Below are positions 1 to 13,231 of a DNA stretch of 38,765 nt, piece after piece; position 1 is the stretch's first letter, and each line of letters opens with the position of its first letter. The notes under the pieces are model-generated. The model saw only the letters and a list, made by a program, of their open reading frames with translations, had not been told where the DNA came from and ran no database searches. A program made the translations under genes and the position numbers. This stretch comes from a virus (lineage: Duplodnaviria; Heunggongvirae; Uroviricota; Caudoviricetes): IMG/VR virus record IMGVR_UViG_2654587569_000003. One strand, 5' to 3'.

Positions 1-9
1 TTTACGCAT
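1..9 (-). CDS. First three codons (M-R-K) of a lom-like outer membrane protein gene, truncated by window edge
   Basis: ATG at 9..7 preceded by GAGAGG Shine-Dalgarno; lambda lom starts MRK and follows J; only 9 nt visible. Confidence 0.3.
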
Positions 10-30
10 AATTACCTCTCGCTTTTCTGC

Positions 31-57
31 AATAAAAAAGGCGTCATTTCTGACGCC
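31..57 (-). terminator. Intrinsic terminator downstream of J
   Basis: Hairpin GGCGTCA-TTTC-TGACGCC at 40..57 followed on minus strand by TTTTTTATT. Confidence 0.65.
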
Positions 58-75
58 CGTTCTGGGTTATAAAAT

Positions 76-3465
<3,390 letters not shown>

Positions 3466-3522
3466 TCATGCTCCATAAACGATAAAACCGCCCGGAGGCG
3501 GTTTCACATAAAACATTTTGCA

Positions 3523-4194
3523 TCAGCGACCAATCACCACAACCTGACCACCGTCCCCTTCGTCTGCCGTGCTGATCTCCTGAGAAACCACGCGTGACCC
3601 CACGCGCATTTCACCGTACAGAACCGGCAGAACATTGCCCTGGGCAACCATGTTATCCAGTGAGGAGAAATAGGTGTTCTGTTTGCCGTTATCCGTTGTC
3701 TGTGTACGGGGAGTTCTGGCTTTCGGTGCCAGCATCTGCGCCACACCACCGAGCACCATACTGGCACCGAGAGAAAACAGGATGCCGGTCATACCACCGG
3801 CCCCAATGGCTGCCCCCCATGCTGCAAGGGTGGCTCCGGCGGTAAAGAATGATCCGGCAATGGCGGCAGCCCCCAGGACAATCTGGAATACGCCACCTGA
3901 CTTGGCCCCGGCGACTCTGGGAACAATATGAATCACAGCGCCATCAGGCAGAGTCTCATGTAACTGCGCCGTTAACCCGGACGTGCTGACGTCCCGCCCG
4001 GCAATCCGTACCTGATACCAGCCGTCGCTCAGTTTCTGACGAAACACCGGGAGCTGTGTGGCCAGTGCGCGGATGGCTTCAGCCCCCGTTTTCACACGAA
4101 GGTCGATGCGGCGGCCAAATCGTTGCAAATCCCCGTAAAGGCAGATGCGCGCCATGCCCGGTGACGCCAGAGGGAGTGTGTGCGTCGCTGCCAT
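3523..4194 (-). CDS. I: Tail tip assembly protein I
   Basis: 223 aa, MAATHTLPLASPGMARICLYGDLQRFGRR matches recalled lambda I; overlaps K 3' end by 103 nt as in lambda. Confidence 0.92.
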   Translation of the reverse strand: MAATHTLPLASPGMARICLYGDLQRFGRRIDLRVKTGAEAIRALATQLPVFRQKLSDGWYQVRIAGRDVSTSGLTAQLHETLPDGAVIHIVPRVAGAKSGGVFQIVLGAAAIAGSFFTAGATLAAWGAAIGAGGMTGILFSLGASMVLGGVAQMLAPKARTPRTQTTDNGKQNTYFSSLDNMVAQGNVLPVLYGEMRVGSRVVSQEISTADEGDGGQVVVIGR

Positions 4195-4835
4195 TTGTCG
4201 GTATACCTCTCTCGTTTGCTCAGTTGTTCAGGAATATGGTGCAGCAGCTCGCCATCACCACAGTAAATGGCGGCATGATTCGGCACCGATGAACCAAAAC
4301 AGCACAGCAGCACATCGCCCGGTTGTGCTGATGACAACGGCACCTGATACAGCCCTGTGGCCTCCAGATTATCCAGATAGAGATTCTGACCGTGACGCCA
4401 CCAGTCATCCCCGCGATGAAAATCCGGCATCTCAATCCCCGCCAGATGATAAGCATCCCGGAACAGCGTGTAACAGTCCGTCACCCCGTGCTCAAAGCGC
4501 CGCCCGGTGAGATGCGGCACACAGCGGAACTTATGAATCGTCCCCCGGCAGACCAGCCACCACGGCAAATCACTCTGCACCTGCAGCCGCCGGTCGGCCT
4601 CACTCAGCCAGGGCAGACCACCGGGGTGGCTGTGGACCAGCGCCACAATCTCACCCTGCATTTCTGCCTGCAGCCAGTCTTCCGGCGACATACGGAAATA
4701 CGCCTCCGGCTCACCGGAGATATTCACGCAGGGGAAATATCTTTCCCCCTCCGGCGCTCTCACCACGAAGCCGCACGACTCCGCTGGCGCACATCGCCGG
4801 GCGTGCGCCAGAATCGCTGATTCTGTCTGTGTCAT
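4092..4835 (-). CDS. K: Tail tip assembly protein K (MPN/JAMM HSHPGG motif plus NlpC/P60-like C-terminal half)
   Basis: 247 aa ORF; lambda annotation is 199 aa and would start at internal Met (4691); start choice uncertain. Confidence 0.88.
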   Translation of the reverse strand: MTQTESAILAHARRCAPAESCGFVVRAPEGERYFPCVNISGEPEAYFRMSPEDWLQAEMQGEIVALVHSHPGGLPWLSEADRRLQVQSDLPWWLVCRGTIHKFRCVPHLTGRRFEHGVTDCYTLFRDAYHLAGIEMPDFHRGDDWWRHGQNLYLDNLEATGLYQVPLSSAQPGDVLLCCFGSSVPNHAAIYCGDGELLHHIPEQLSKRERYTDKWQRRTHSLWRHRAWRASAFTGICNDLAAASTFV

Positions 4836-4840
4836 GGGAT

Positions 4841-5539
4841 TTACTGCGAAAGTTTGTTAATGGAAAGGAAGCCGCCAAAGTTGCCGACGTTATTGCGGAA
4901 CTTACAACCGCTCAGGCATTTGCTGCATTTATCCTTCGTGATATCGGACGTTGGCTGGTCATATTCATCCGCGACCGCCGGACCGTGATAACCGCACTCA
5001 TCGCCGCGATAGGTCCAGGTGCAGGTGTTGGCCAGCATGATACGTCCCGGAAAAACAGCGCCGTCCGTTTCCGTCGGCGTGGACAGTACAAAAGAGGCAC
5101 TCACCGCGCTCAGTTCGCTGCACTGCTCAATGCGCCAGCGGCTGATCACCTCCTGCTCCGGATCGGCGTTACTGTTTCCGTTGACGAAGTTCACCGCATC
5201 CAGAAAACGGGCGTAAACCTTACGCCGGACCACCGTTCCGCCGACCAGACTCTGCAGATCTTCCGCCATCCCGGTGACCATACCGTACAGGTTAGAAACC
5301 GTCAGCGTGGGGCGCGTACTGGTGCCTTTGCCATTCAGTTCAAAACCACTCCCCTGAATGGGATACGGCTGATACTGTCGCCCCTGCCAGGTGACCGGCT
5401 CACCTTTTTCGTTCTGCTCATTACAGAAAAAATAACGTTCTCCACCGACCTCTGTCAGATCGATTTCCCAGAGCACCACGCTGGCCGACTGCTCCGCACG
5501 GGTGCATTCATTCAGTGTTTCCTGCCGGATATCCTGCAT
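4841..5539 (-). CDS. L: Tail tip protein L
   Basis: 232 aa, MQDIRQETLNECTRAEQSASVVLWEIDLTEVGGERYFFC matches recalled lambda L. Confidence 0.95.
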   Translation of the reverse strand: MQDIRQETLNECTRAEQSASVVLWEIDLTEVGGERYFFCNEQNEKGEPVTWQGRQYQPYPIQGSGFELNGKGTSTRPTLTVSNLYGMVTGMAEDLQSLVGGTVVRRKVYARFLDAVNFVNGNSNADPEQEVISRWRIEQCSELSAVSASFVLSTPTETDGAVFPGRIMLANTCTWTYRGDECGYHGPAVADEYDQPTSDITKDKCSKCLSGCKFRNNVGNFGGFLSINKLSQ

Positions 5540-5572
5540 CAGTTCACCACCTGTTCAAACTCTGCGCTGAAC

Positions 5573-5869
5573 TCAACACGCAACATACTGACCCGCAACG
5601 ACCATTTTGCGCAGGTCACCTTTATCTGCCTGCAACTCATAAGGCGGCGTCCACAGAAAGGACTTCCAGCCCCCGTGCTCAGCCAGAAACGACTCAAGCG
5701 CCGTGGCCTCCCAACGGGAAACAGAAAGCGTCACGCTGTACGTTTTCAGGTCAGCATTCAGCCCGGCAGGCGCACGCTGGGAATAGCCATCACCAAAGCG
5801 CACCTCCCTGACGGAAGGAGCCGATGTCACATCCATCCCGGGTTTCACTTTCCAGCGGAAGGTTTTCAT
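5573..5869 (-). CDS. M: Tail tip protein M, apparently frameshifted near 3' end (possible pseudogene or sequencing error)
   Basis: 98 aa ORF matches lambda M to ...WTPPYE then diverges; lambda-like C-terminus RQIKVTCAKWS.RVSMLRVEFSAEFEQVVN is in another frame and ends in TGATG overlap with L start at 5539. Confidence 0.8.
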   Translation of the reverse strand: MKTFRWKVKPGMDVTSAPSVREVRFGDGYSQRAPAGLNADLKTYSVTLSVSRWEATALESFLAEHGGWKSFLWTPPYELQADKGDLRKMVVAGQYVAC

Positions 5870-8427
5870 CGTCCACCTCCGGAGAACAGACCACCATCGC
5901 GCATCTGCCCGGTCACAACATCCATTGCCGCCTTACGGGCTACGTCATAAACAGCCTTCAGCGCCTGTGGCCCTATCTGCCCGTTCGTGCCGTCGTTGTT
6001 AATCACCACATGGTTATTCTGCTCAAACGTCCCGGACGCCTGCGACCGGCTGTCCACCATGCTGCCCGGTGTACCGACATAACCGCCGGTGGCATAGCCG
6101 CGCATCAGCCGGTAAAGATTCCCCACGCCAATCCGGCTGGTTGCCTCCTTCGTGAAGACAAACTCACCACGGTGAACAATCCCCGCTGGCTCATATTTGC
6201 CGCCGGTTCCCGTAAACCCTCCGGCCGCAAAATGGAATTTCGCCGCAGCGGCCTGAATGGCTGTACCGCCTGACGCGGATGCGCCGCCACCAACAGCCCC
6301 GCCAATGGCGCTGCCGATACTCCCGACAATCCCCACCATTGCCTGCTTAAGCAGAATTTCTGTCATCATGGACAGCACGGAACGGGTGAAGCTGCGCCAG
6401 TTCTGCTCACTGCCGGTCAGCATCGCCGCCATATTCTGTGCAATACCATCAAAGGTCTGCGTGGCAGCACTTTTAACCTGCGACATACTGTCCGTGGCGC
6501 TCTCTTCCCACTCACTCCAGCCGGACCTCAGGCCTGCCATCCAGCTCCCGCGAAGCTGGTCTTCAGCCGCCCAGGTCTTTTTCTGCTCTGACATGACGTT
6601 ATTCAGCGCCAGAGGATTATCGCCATACTGTTCCTTCAGGCGCTGTTCCGTGGCTTCCCGCGCTGCCTGCCGGTCAGTCAGCCCCCGGCTTTTCGCATCA
6701 ATGGCGGCCCGTTTTGCCCGTTGCTGCTGTGCGAATTTATCCGCCTGCTGCGCCAGCGCATTCAGACGCTCCTGATACGTGACCTTATCGCCAAGTACAG
6801 CCAGCTGGCGTTTGTACTCCAGCGTCTCATCTTTATGCGCCAGCAGGGATTTCTCCTGTGCGGACAGCTGGCGACGTTGTGCCGCCTCCTCCAGTACCGC
6901 GAACTGACTCTCCGCCTTCCACAAATCCCGGCGCTGCTGGCTGATTTTCTCATTCGCTCCGGCATGCTTCTCCAGCATCCGGAGTTCAGCCTGAAGCGTC
7001 AGCAGGGCAGCATGAGCACTGTCTTCCTGACGATCGCCCGCAGACACCTTCACGCCGGACTGTTTCGGCTTTTTCAGCGTCGCTTCATAATCCTTTTTCG
7101 CCGCCGCCATCAGCGTGTTGTAATCCGCCTGCAGGATTTTCCCGTCTTTCAGTGCCTTATTCAGTTCTTCCTGACGGGCGGTATATTTCTCCAGCGGCGT
7201 CTGCAGACGTTCGTAAGCCTTCTGCGCCTCTTCGGTATATTTCAGCCGTGACGCTTCGGTATCGCTCTGCTGCTGCGCATTTTTGTCCTGTTGACTCTGC
7301 TGCTCAGCCTTCTTTCGGGCGGCTTCAAGCGCAAGACGGGCCTTTTCACGATCATCCCAGTAACGCGCCCGCGCTTCATCGTTAACAAAATAATCATCCT
7401 TGCGCAGATTCCAGATATCGTCCGCTTTCTTAAACGCGGCCTCTGCCTTAATCAGCATCTCCTGCGCGGTATCAGGACGACCAATATCCAGCACCGCATC
7501 CCACATGGATTTGAAGGCCCGCGCTGTCCTGTCTGCCCAGGTCTCCAGCGTGCCCATGTTCTCTTTCAGGCGGCGGGTCTGGTCATCAAACCCTTTCGTC
7601 GCGGCCTCGTTCGCCGCCTGCAATGCCCCGGCTTCATCGCCGGAACGCTGCAACTGAGCAACATACGCAATCTGCTCCGCCGTCACGTTATGGAACTGGC
7701 GCGCCATCGCTGTCAGCCCCGACGTCGGGTCAGTGGTCAGCTTCCCGAAGGCTTCAGCGACCTTGTCCACCTCCACGCCGGATGCAGAGGAGAAACGCGC
7801 CACACTCTGGCTGATGGACGCAATCTGAGCCTCACCGCTTACCCCCGCCTTAACCAGTGCGCTGAGTGACTCGCTGGTCTGGTTAAACGTCAGCCCTGCC
7901 GCCAGCCCGGCTCTGGACAGGACCAGCATACGATCTGCCGTCAGACCCGACTGATTGCCGGAAAGGACCAGCGTTTTGTTGAAATCGGACAGGGTTGAGT
8001 TGCCCTGATACCAGGCATACGCCAGCGCACCGGTCGCCACCGCCAGCGAGGTGGCCCCCACCATCGGCAGGGTGATCGCACCGGCAAGCCCCCTGAACAT
8101 GGGGATAATCCCGCCGAAGGAGTCCTTCACCTGACCACCCTGTTGCAGCAGGATCAGCCACGGACTTTGCCCGCCTGCAAGCTGCGTGACCACGTCAGTG
8201 AACTGCGCAGGCAGCATACGCATGGCAGCTTTATACTGCCCGACGGAAATCCCCGCTTTCTGTGCAGCCAGCGCCTGCCGGCTCAGCGACTGTTCAACGA
8301 CTGCCGCTGTTTTTTTCGCATCACTTTCCGTACCGGAAAAATGACGCCTGACTCTGGCCATCTGCTCGTCAAATCTGGCCGCATCCAGACTTAAATCAAC
8401 GACCAGATCGCCTACCGGTTCAGCCAT
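5866..8427 (-). CDS. H: Tail tape measure protein H
   Basis: 853 aa, MAEPVGDLVVDLSLDAARFDEQMARV matches recalled lambda H; same length. Confidence 0.95.
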   Translation of the reverse strand: MAEPVGDLVVDLSLDAARFDEQMARVRRHFSGTESDAKKTAAVVEQSLSRQALAAQKAGISVGQYKAAMRMLPAQFTDVVTQLAGGQSPWLILLQQGGQVKDSFGGIIPMFRGLAGAITLPMVGATSLAVATGALAYAWYQGNSTLSDFNKTLVLSGNQSGLTADRMLVLSRAGLAAGLTFNQTSESLSALVKAGVSGEAQIASISQSVARFSSASGVEVDKVAEAFGKLTTDPTSGLTAMARQFHNVTAEQIAYVAQLQRSGDEAGALQAANEAATKGFDDQTRRLKENMGTLETWADRTARAFKSMWDAVLDIGRPDTAQEMLIKAEAAFKKADDIWNLRKDDYFVNDEARARYWDDREKARLALEAARKKAEQQSQQDKNAQQQSDTEASRLKYTEEAQKAYERLQTPLEKYTARQEELNKALKDGKILQADYNTLMAAAKKDYEATLKKPKQSGVKVSAGDRQEDSAHAALLTLQAELRMLEKHAGANEKISQQRRDLWKAESQFAVLEEAAQRRQLSAQEKSLLAHKDETLEYKRQLAVLGDKVTYQERLNALAQQADKFAQQQRAKRAAIDAKSRGLTDRQAAREATEQRLKEQYGDNPLALNNVMSEQKKTWAAEDQLRGSWMAGLRSGWSEWEESATDSMSQVKSAATQTFDGIAQNMAAMLTGSEQNWRSFTRSVLSMMTEILLKQAMVGIVGSIGSAIGGAVGGGASASGGTAIQAAAAKFHFAAGGFTGTGGKYEPAGIVHRGEFVFTKEATSRIGVGNLYRLMRGYATGGYVGTPGSMVDSRSQASGTFEQNNHVVINNDGTNGQIGPQALKAVYDVARKAAMDVVTGQMRDGGLFSGGGR

Positions 8428-8854
8428 ACCGGACTCCTCCTGCGATCCCTTCTGATACTGTCATCAGCATTACGTCATCCTCCGTCATGTCCGCCACATC
8501 CGGGGAAACGGGGATAACTTCATTCCCGTCCGGACCAAAACGAACGCCTCCGGCAAGCCCTGCCGCTTTCTGCATCAGCACATCATCTTCAGGCTCTTCG
8601 TCAGCCTCACGCCGGTTCAGCAGACTGAAATCCAGCGGATGCATATCCGGATCGCTGAAAAACAGGCTGAGCACGGTGTACGTCAGCCCGGAAAAGTGCA
8701 TATCCAGCAGAACATCATGAAAATAATGGGTACTGTAAAAGCGGTGCCAGTCGGCATACTCCGTGGATGACATCCCGGCAAGCATGGCACGCCAGTCGGG
8801 TCGCCCCATCTCACGCGCCAGTTTCAGGGCAAAACTCAGCTCACCGTCGAACAC
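8420..8854 (-). CDS. T: T segment of G-T tail assembly chaperone (expressed by -1 frameshift from G)
   Basis: ORF in -1 frame relative to G begins at the slippery site; lambda G-T architecture. Confidence 0.85.
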   Translation of the reverse strand: MFDGELSFALKLAREMGRPDWRAMLAGMSSTEYADWHRFYSTHYFHDVLLDMHFSGLTYTVLSLFFSDPDMHPLDFSLLNRREADEEPEDDVLMQKAAGLAGGVRFGPDGNEVIPVSPDVADMTEDDVMLMTVSEGIAGGVRYG

Positions 8855-9258
8855 TTTCCCGCAGAAACAGGCTCTGCAGGCCCGGCGTCCTCTGCCTGTT
8901 CAGGGGCATCATTCACCACAAACTCATACATACCAGACAGCCGGTACACCACGTTTTCAGCATGAGAAATTGCCTCCGCGGGCCAGGTGGTAAGCACTTC
9001 CTGCTCAATCTGTTTAACGGCTTCATTCATGGACGGCATCTGCGTCTTCTGCGGATGGTTATGCCACAGGGACATCGCCACCACAAAAGCGCCGGTTCTG
9101 ATGGCGTCTTCCACAGTAAACTTCCGGTTGCTGTCTGACTCCGCCTGTTCTGCCTGCCGTTTCATCAGGGCGAGATGCTCAATACGCTGCAGGGCTGACA
9201 GTTCAGAAAGCGTGACGGTCACACCGTTATGTTCAAATGATTCGGTTTTCAGGAACAT
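8836..9258 (-). CDS. G: Tail assembly chaperone G
   Basis: 140 aa, MFLKTESFEHNGVTVTLSELSALQRIEHLALMKRQAEQAESD matches recalled lambda G. Confidence 0.93.
   Translation of the reverse strand: MFLKTESFEHNGVTVTLSELSALQRIEHLALMKRQAEQAESDSNRKFTVEDAIRTGAFVVAMSLWHNHPQKTQMPSMNEAVKQIEQEVLTTWPAEAISHAENVVYRLSGMYEFVVNDAPEQAEDAGPAEPVSAGKCSTVS
8854..8860 (-). other. Programmed -1 ribosomal frameshift slippery heptamer G GGA AAG
   Basis: Plus strand CTTTCCC at 8854..8860; in G zero frame codons GGA AAG (..SAGKCSTVS stop) 5 codons before G stop. Confidence 0.85.
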
Positions 9259-9273
9259 CGCTGACTCTCCGGA

Positions 9274-10014
9274 TTAACTGGCGGTGACGGTAATTTCTGC
9301 AACCGCAGCAAACTCACCATTACCGGATACAACCGGAATGTTGACCTTGCCTGCAGCAACACCGTTCACGGTGATGGTCATACCACTGACCGACACGGTG
9401 GCTTTTGTTTTATCCGCAGACACCGCACGAAAGCTCTTGTCGGTTACGCCCTCCGGCTGGAAGGCCACGGTCAGCGTCGTGCTCTGCCCTTTCACCACCG
9501 AGGTGCTGGCAGGCGTCACGGTCATGCCGGTTGCCGCTGTTACCGTGCTGCGATCTTCTGCCATCGACGGACGTCCCACGTTGGTGACTTTCACCGTGCG
9601 GGTGATCACTTCCTTCGCCGTCACCGCCTTACCGATACTGCTGACCCAGCCACGGAACACATCGACCGTGCCGTTCGGGAAGCGGATTTTATAGGCACGG
9701 GTATCACCTTCATTAAACCACGCCAGCAGCGCCTGCTGCCCCTGCTCTCCGGGCATCCACGCCAGCGTGAAGCTGGTATCTCCAGCAGATTTCTGCCCCT
9801 GCCCGGTCGCAGCCCAGTCCGCATCTTCATCATCGAGATAACTGTCGTCATAGGACTCAGCGGTCAGTTCGCCGGGCGTCAGGTCTTTAACCTTTGCCAG
9901 ACGCGACCAGTCAACGTCTGAAAGCGGATTCGCATAAGGGTCACCGCTCCCCTTATAAACCCACAGGGTGGTCCCGGCACCTTTCACCGGCACCAGAGGA
10001 TTTGGTACAGGCAT
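9274..10014 (-). CDS. V: Major tail tube protein V (C-terminal Ig-like domain)
   Basis: Lambda V N-terminus MPVPNP begins at internal Met 10014 with GAGGA SD; track ORF extends to 10044. Confidence 0.93.
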   Translation of the reverse strand: MPVPNPLVPVKGAGTTLWVYKGSGDPYANPLSDVDWSRLAKVKDLTPGELTAESYDDSYLDDEDADWAATGQGQKSAGDTSFTLAWMPGEQGQQALLAWFNEGDTRAYKIRFPNGTVDVFRGWVSSIGKAVTAKEVITRTVKVTNVGRPSMAEDRSTVTAATGMTVTPASTSVVKGQSTTLTVAFQPEGVTDKSFRAVSADKTKATVSVSGMTITVNGVAAGKVNIPVVSGNGEFAAVAEITVTAS

Positions 10015-10021
10015 AGCGTCC

Positions 10022-10417
10022 TCACATTTCATAGGTAATGACATAAGTCAGATCGGCTGAACTCCACAGGCCCGCATCATCGTCGCGCCGGTAGTCATAG
10101 CCACTGGCCACCATACTGGTGATCAAATCTGACAGTGCCGGGATATCGCTCATCACCGGATAAATCCGGGACTCCATCCACGCATCCAGCTCTGAATCCG
10201 GCACCTGAGCAGGCAGGAAAACTTCGATATGCAGCTCCGCCTGCCAGGTATCGCTGTCCAGCTCTTCGCCCGTGTATTCAGCGCCGGTGAGATAAACGGC
10301 AACTGCCGGAAAATCCGCCTCATCAAAAACAGCGGGGCGACCATCAAAAAACGTCGCCCCGGTGTCATGCTTCTCCAGTGCATCCAGTACGGCTGCACGG
10401 AGTTCAGTATGTTTCAT
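10022..10417 (-). CDS. U: Tail tube terminator protein U
   Basis: 131 aa, [36 protein letters not shown] matches recalled lambda U. Confidence 0.95.
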   Translation of the reverse strand: MKHTELRAAVLDALEKHDTGATFFDGRPAVFDEADFPAVAVYLTGAEYTGEELDSDTWQAELHIEVFLPAQVPDSELDAWMESRIYPVMSDIPALSDLITSMVASGYDYRRDDDAGLWSSADLTYVITYEM

Positions 10418-10992
10418 CGCTTTATTACCATCCTCAGTTGATGCTGCAGCGCATAGCCCAGCTCTTTCGGAAGACGTTCACGCCGTATCCGCTCAATATT
10501 TTGTTTAAACGCCGTGGTCAGCGGCACCGCCATCGGGATTTTCACCACATCAATGGGGTAACGGTTTTTCCCGGCCACACGCTGCATGACATGCCACCGG
10601 CCATTTTTCAGTTGCTGAATAAACGCGCCGGGAATACGACGGTTACCCACCACAAGCACGCTGCCGCCACCTTTCAGGGATGAACGCTGCCCCTTTTTAC
10701 GACGCCTGCGGCGCGAAAGGACAACCCGCGCATTACCCAGCTTGATTACGGGCAAATCCCCCCGGTTAACCTTGATTCTGGCCTGCGGATTTTTGACCGT
10801 GGCCCTTTTCAGCCTGGCCCTTTCCTTTACCAGTTTCCGGCGTACCTTTGTCTCACGGGCAACCTGTGACGCCGACTGCGATATCGCGGATGAAGCAACG
10901 CGGTTAATAGCCATTGCGGCGGCACCAGGCACCGCCGTTCTGCTGATACGGCTGAGGTTTTCAACGGCCTGCTCAAGACCTTTTATGGCCAT
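10414..10992 (-). CDS. Z: Tail completion protein Z
   Basis: 192 aa, MAIKGLEQAVENLSRISRTAVPGAAAMAINRVASS matches recalled lambda Z. Confidence 0.93.
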   Translation of the reverse strand: MAIKGLEQAVENLSRISRTAVPGAAAMAINRVASSAISQSASQVARETKVRRKLVKERARLKRATVKNPQARIKVNRGDLPVIKLGNARVVLSRRRRRKKGQRSSLKGGGSVLVVGNRRIPGAFIQQLKNGRWHVMQRVAGKNRYPIDVVKIPMAVPLTTAFKQNIERIRRERLPKELGYALQHQLRMVIKR

Positions 10993-11003
10993 ACATCCCC
11001 CTT

Positions 11004-11357
11004 TCAGCGGCGACGGTTAACGGCAGGCGGTACGCCCCGCCCAAGCCAGAGATGACAGCTTCCACCATCATCCGGCGAAACCCGGTCTATCCAGAAGTTT
11101 TCCTCACCGATGGTCAGCGTGTCGCCACGCCGCAGCTGCCGCACATCATCAGTCCGGACAAACAGGGACGGGCTGGAGCCTTCAACGCGCACGCCCTGTC
11201 CGGCATAGCTGATATTTTCAGGGTCATCAAAAACACCACGTATTACTGCGCCGGACTGCTCACCGGATGTCATGGTGGCTGACGTTCCCATGTACCCGCG
11301 TATCGTTTCATCGGCGCGGACAATGGCAGCATCGAACAGGTTATCGAAATCAGCCAC
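11004..11357 (-). CDS. FII: Head-tail joining protein FII
   Basis: 117 aa, MADFDNLFDAAI.RADETIRGYMGTSAT matches recalled lambda FII. Confidence 0.93.
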   Translation of the reverse strand: MADFDNLFDAAIVRADETIRGYMGTSATMTSGEQSGAVIRGVFDDPENISYAGQGVRVEGSSPSLFVRTDDVRQLRRGDTLTIGEENFWIDRVSPDDGGSCHLWLGRGVPPAVNRRR

Positions 11358-11368
11358 AGCGCCTCCCG

Positions 11369-11767
11369 TTATTGCATTCTGGCCAGGCCACGCTCTGTCA
11401 TTTCGGCTGCCACACCGGCAGAGACAAGAAACGCCGTTCCCGGCAGCACAAATGCCACAGGTTCATCCCGCGTGGCGTGAAGTGCATCAGTATGCAGCGT
11501 CACCAGTGCCACAACCGTGACCAGAGCAGACGTATCCAGAATCACGGTATCCGGCTGCGCTGATACCACCTCATTTTCATGTCCGGTCAGCACATTTTCC
11601 CGGCTGACAGACGAGTCCTGACCGGCACCGTCATCCGTGTCATCAAGCTCCTCTTCCAGCTCTGCCACACGGAGCGCCAGTTCTTCTTTCGTCCCCGTCA
11701 GGCTGACATCACGGTTCAGTTGCTCACCCAGCGACCGGAGACGGGCAATCAGTTCATCTTTCGTCAT
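11369..11767 (-). CDS. FI: DNA packaging protein FI
   Basis: Lambda FI N-terminus MTKDELIARLRSLGEQLN starts at internal Met 11767; track ORF extends to 11806. Confidence 0.9.
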   Translation of the reverse strand: MTKDELIARLRSLGEQLNRDVSLTGTKEELALRVAELEEELDDTDDGAGQDSSVSRENVLTGHENEVVSAQPDTVILDTSALVTVVALVTLHTDALHATRDEPVAFVLPGTAFLVSAGVAAEMTERGLARMQ

Positions 11768-11808
11768 GGACTCCTCCACAGAGAAAAAATGGCCCCGAAG
11801 GGCCATGA

Positions 11809-12834
11809 TTACGCCAGTTGAACGGACACGAACTCATCAGGATCAGCCAGCAGCATCAGCGGTGCTGACTGAATCATGGTGAACTCACGCGCCGGATCGC
11901 CGGAGGTCACCCAGTTTTTCGGATAACGGGCAGACGCATTAATACCCTCACGCAATGCATCCGCATCCTGAATACAGCCATAGGTGCGCAGACCGCGTGC
12001 ATGAGTGTTACCCAGCACCATCGTGTTGTCCGGCAGGAAGTTCTTTTTGACGCCGTTTTCCACGTACTGTCCGGAATACACGACGATGGCCACATCGCCA
12101 TACATCCCCTTATAAGACACCGCTTTGCCCAGGTCTTTCACCGCTGTCTCCAGCTCGGAATGAGAGCCACGACGGGTATCCAGCTTCTCCCTGACGGCTT
12201 TGAAGGAACGGAACAGCGCCCAGCCTTTCGGATCAAACACGATGATATTCACCACGCCGCTGGCGTTCAGCGCGTAGGCTTCGATATCGTCGGTCGGGTC
12301 ATACGTGGACTTGTCACGCTTGCTCCACTCCGTGCCGCCGGACTGCGTGATGTTATTCGCCGCACTGCGGCCCATATCCACCTCAACCGGATCGAAGGCT
12401 TCACCGGTCATGGTGTATTTGCCCTTAAGCACGGCAGAAACTGCCTGCATCTCTTCGACCTGAGCAATGGCCAGCTCTTCGTCACGCATGTTCTGCATGA
12501 TGATGCGACGGCGGCGGTAAGCCGGGTCCGCCAGATTCTGCGGATCTTCATCCGGCAGGCGACGCAGGGTCATCTGCGGATTCACTTCATGCTTGGGTTT
12601 GACATATCCCGGCGTAAATTCAGAGGTGGAGCCGCCACGGGAACGGATAACCTCACCGGAAACAATCGGCGAAACGTACAGCGCCATGTTTACCAGTCCC
12701 GGAATTTGTGAGAGATAGACTTTCTCCGTAGTGAAGGGATAGCTCTCACGGAAAAAGAGACGCAGAAACAGCGGATCAAACTTAAATTTCTGCTCATTTG
12801 CCGCCAGCAGCTGGGCGGTTGTGTACATCGACAT
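11809..12834 (-). CDS. E: Major capsid protein E
   Basis: MSMYTTAQLLAANEQKFKFDPLFLRLFFRESYPF matches recalled lambda E; start at internal Met 12834. Confidence 0.95.
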   Translation of the reverse strand: MSMYTTAQLLAANEQKFKFDPLFLRLFFRESYPFTTEKVYLSQIPGLVNMALYVSPIVSGEVIRSRGGSTSEFTPGYVKPKHEVNPQMTLRRLPDEDPQNLADPAYRRRRIIMQNMRDEELAIAQVEEMQAVSAVLKGKYTMTGEAFDPVEVDMGRSAANNITQSGGTEWSKRDKSTYDPTDDIEAYALNASGVVNIIVFDPKGWALFRSFKAVREKLDTRRGSHSELETAVKDLGKAVSYKGMYGDVAIVVYSGQYVENGVKKNFLPDNTMVLGNTHARGLRTYGCIQDADALREGINASARYPKNWVTSGDPAREFTMIQSAPLMLLADPDEFVSVQLA

Positions 12835-12889
12835 AAAAAAATCCCGTAAAAAAAGCCGCACAGGCGGCCTTTAGTGATGAAGGGTAAGG

Positions 12890-13222
12890 TTAAACGATGC
12901 TGATTGCCGTTCCGGCAAACGCGGTCCGTTTTTTCGTCTCATCGCTGGCAGCCTCCGGCCAGAGCACATCCTCATAACGGAACGTGCCGGACTTGTAGAA
13001 CGTCAGCGTGGTGCTGGTCTGGTCAGCAGCAACCGCCAGAATGCCAACGGCAGCACCGTCGGTGGTGCCATCCCACGCAACCAGCTTACGGGTGGAGGTG
13101 TCCAGCATCAGCGGGGTCATTGCAGGCGCTTTCGCACTCAATCCGCCGGGCGCGGTTGCGGTATGAGCCGGGTCACTGTTGCCCAGCGGCTGGTAATGGG
13201 TAAAGGTTTCTTTGCTCGTCAT
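12890..13222 (-). CDS. D: Head decoration protein D
   Basis: [42 protein letters not shown] matches recalled lambda D. Confidence 0.95.
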   Translation of the reverse strand: MTSKETFTHYQPLGNSDPAHTATAPGGLSAKAPAMTPLMLDTSTRKLVAWDGTTDGAAVGILAVAADQTSTTLTFYKSGTFRYEDVLWPEAASDETKKRTAFAGTAISIV

Positions 13223-13231
13223 AAACATCCC

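Noticed and set aside
6257-7869. Several 170-190 aa plus-strand ORFs inside H
   Set aside because: Shadow ORFs antisense to the tape measure gene
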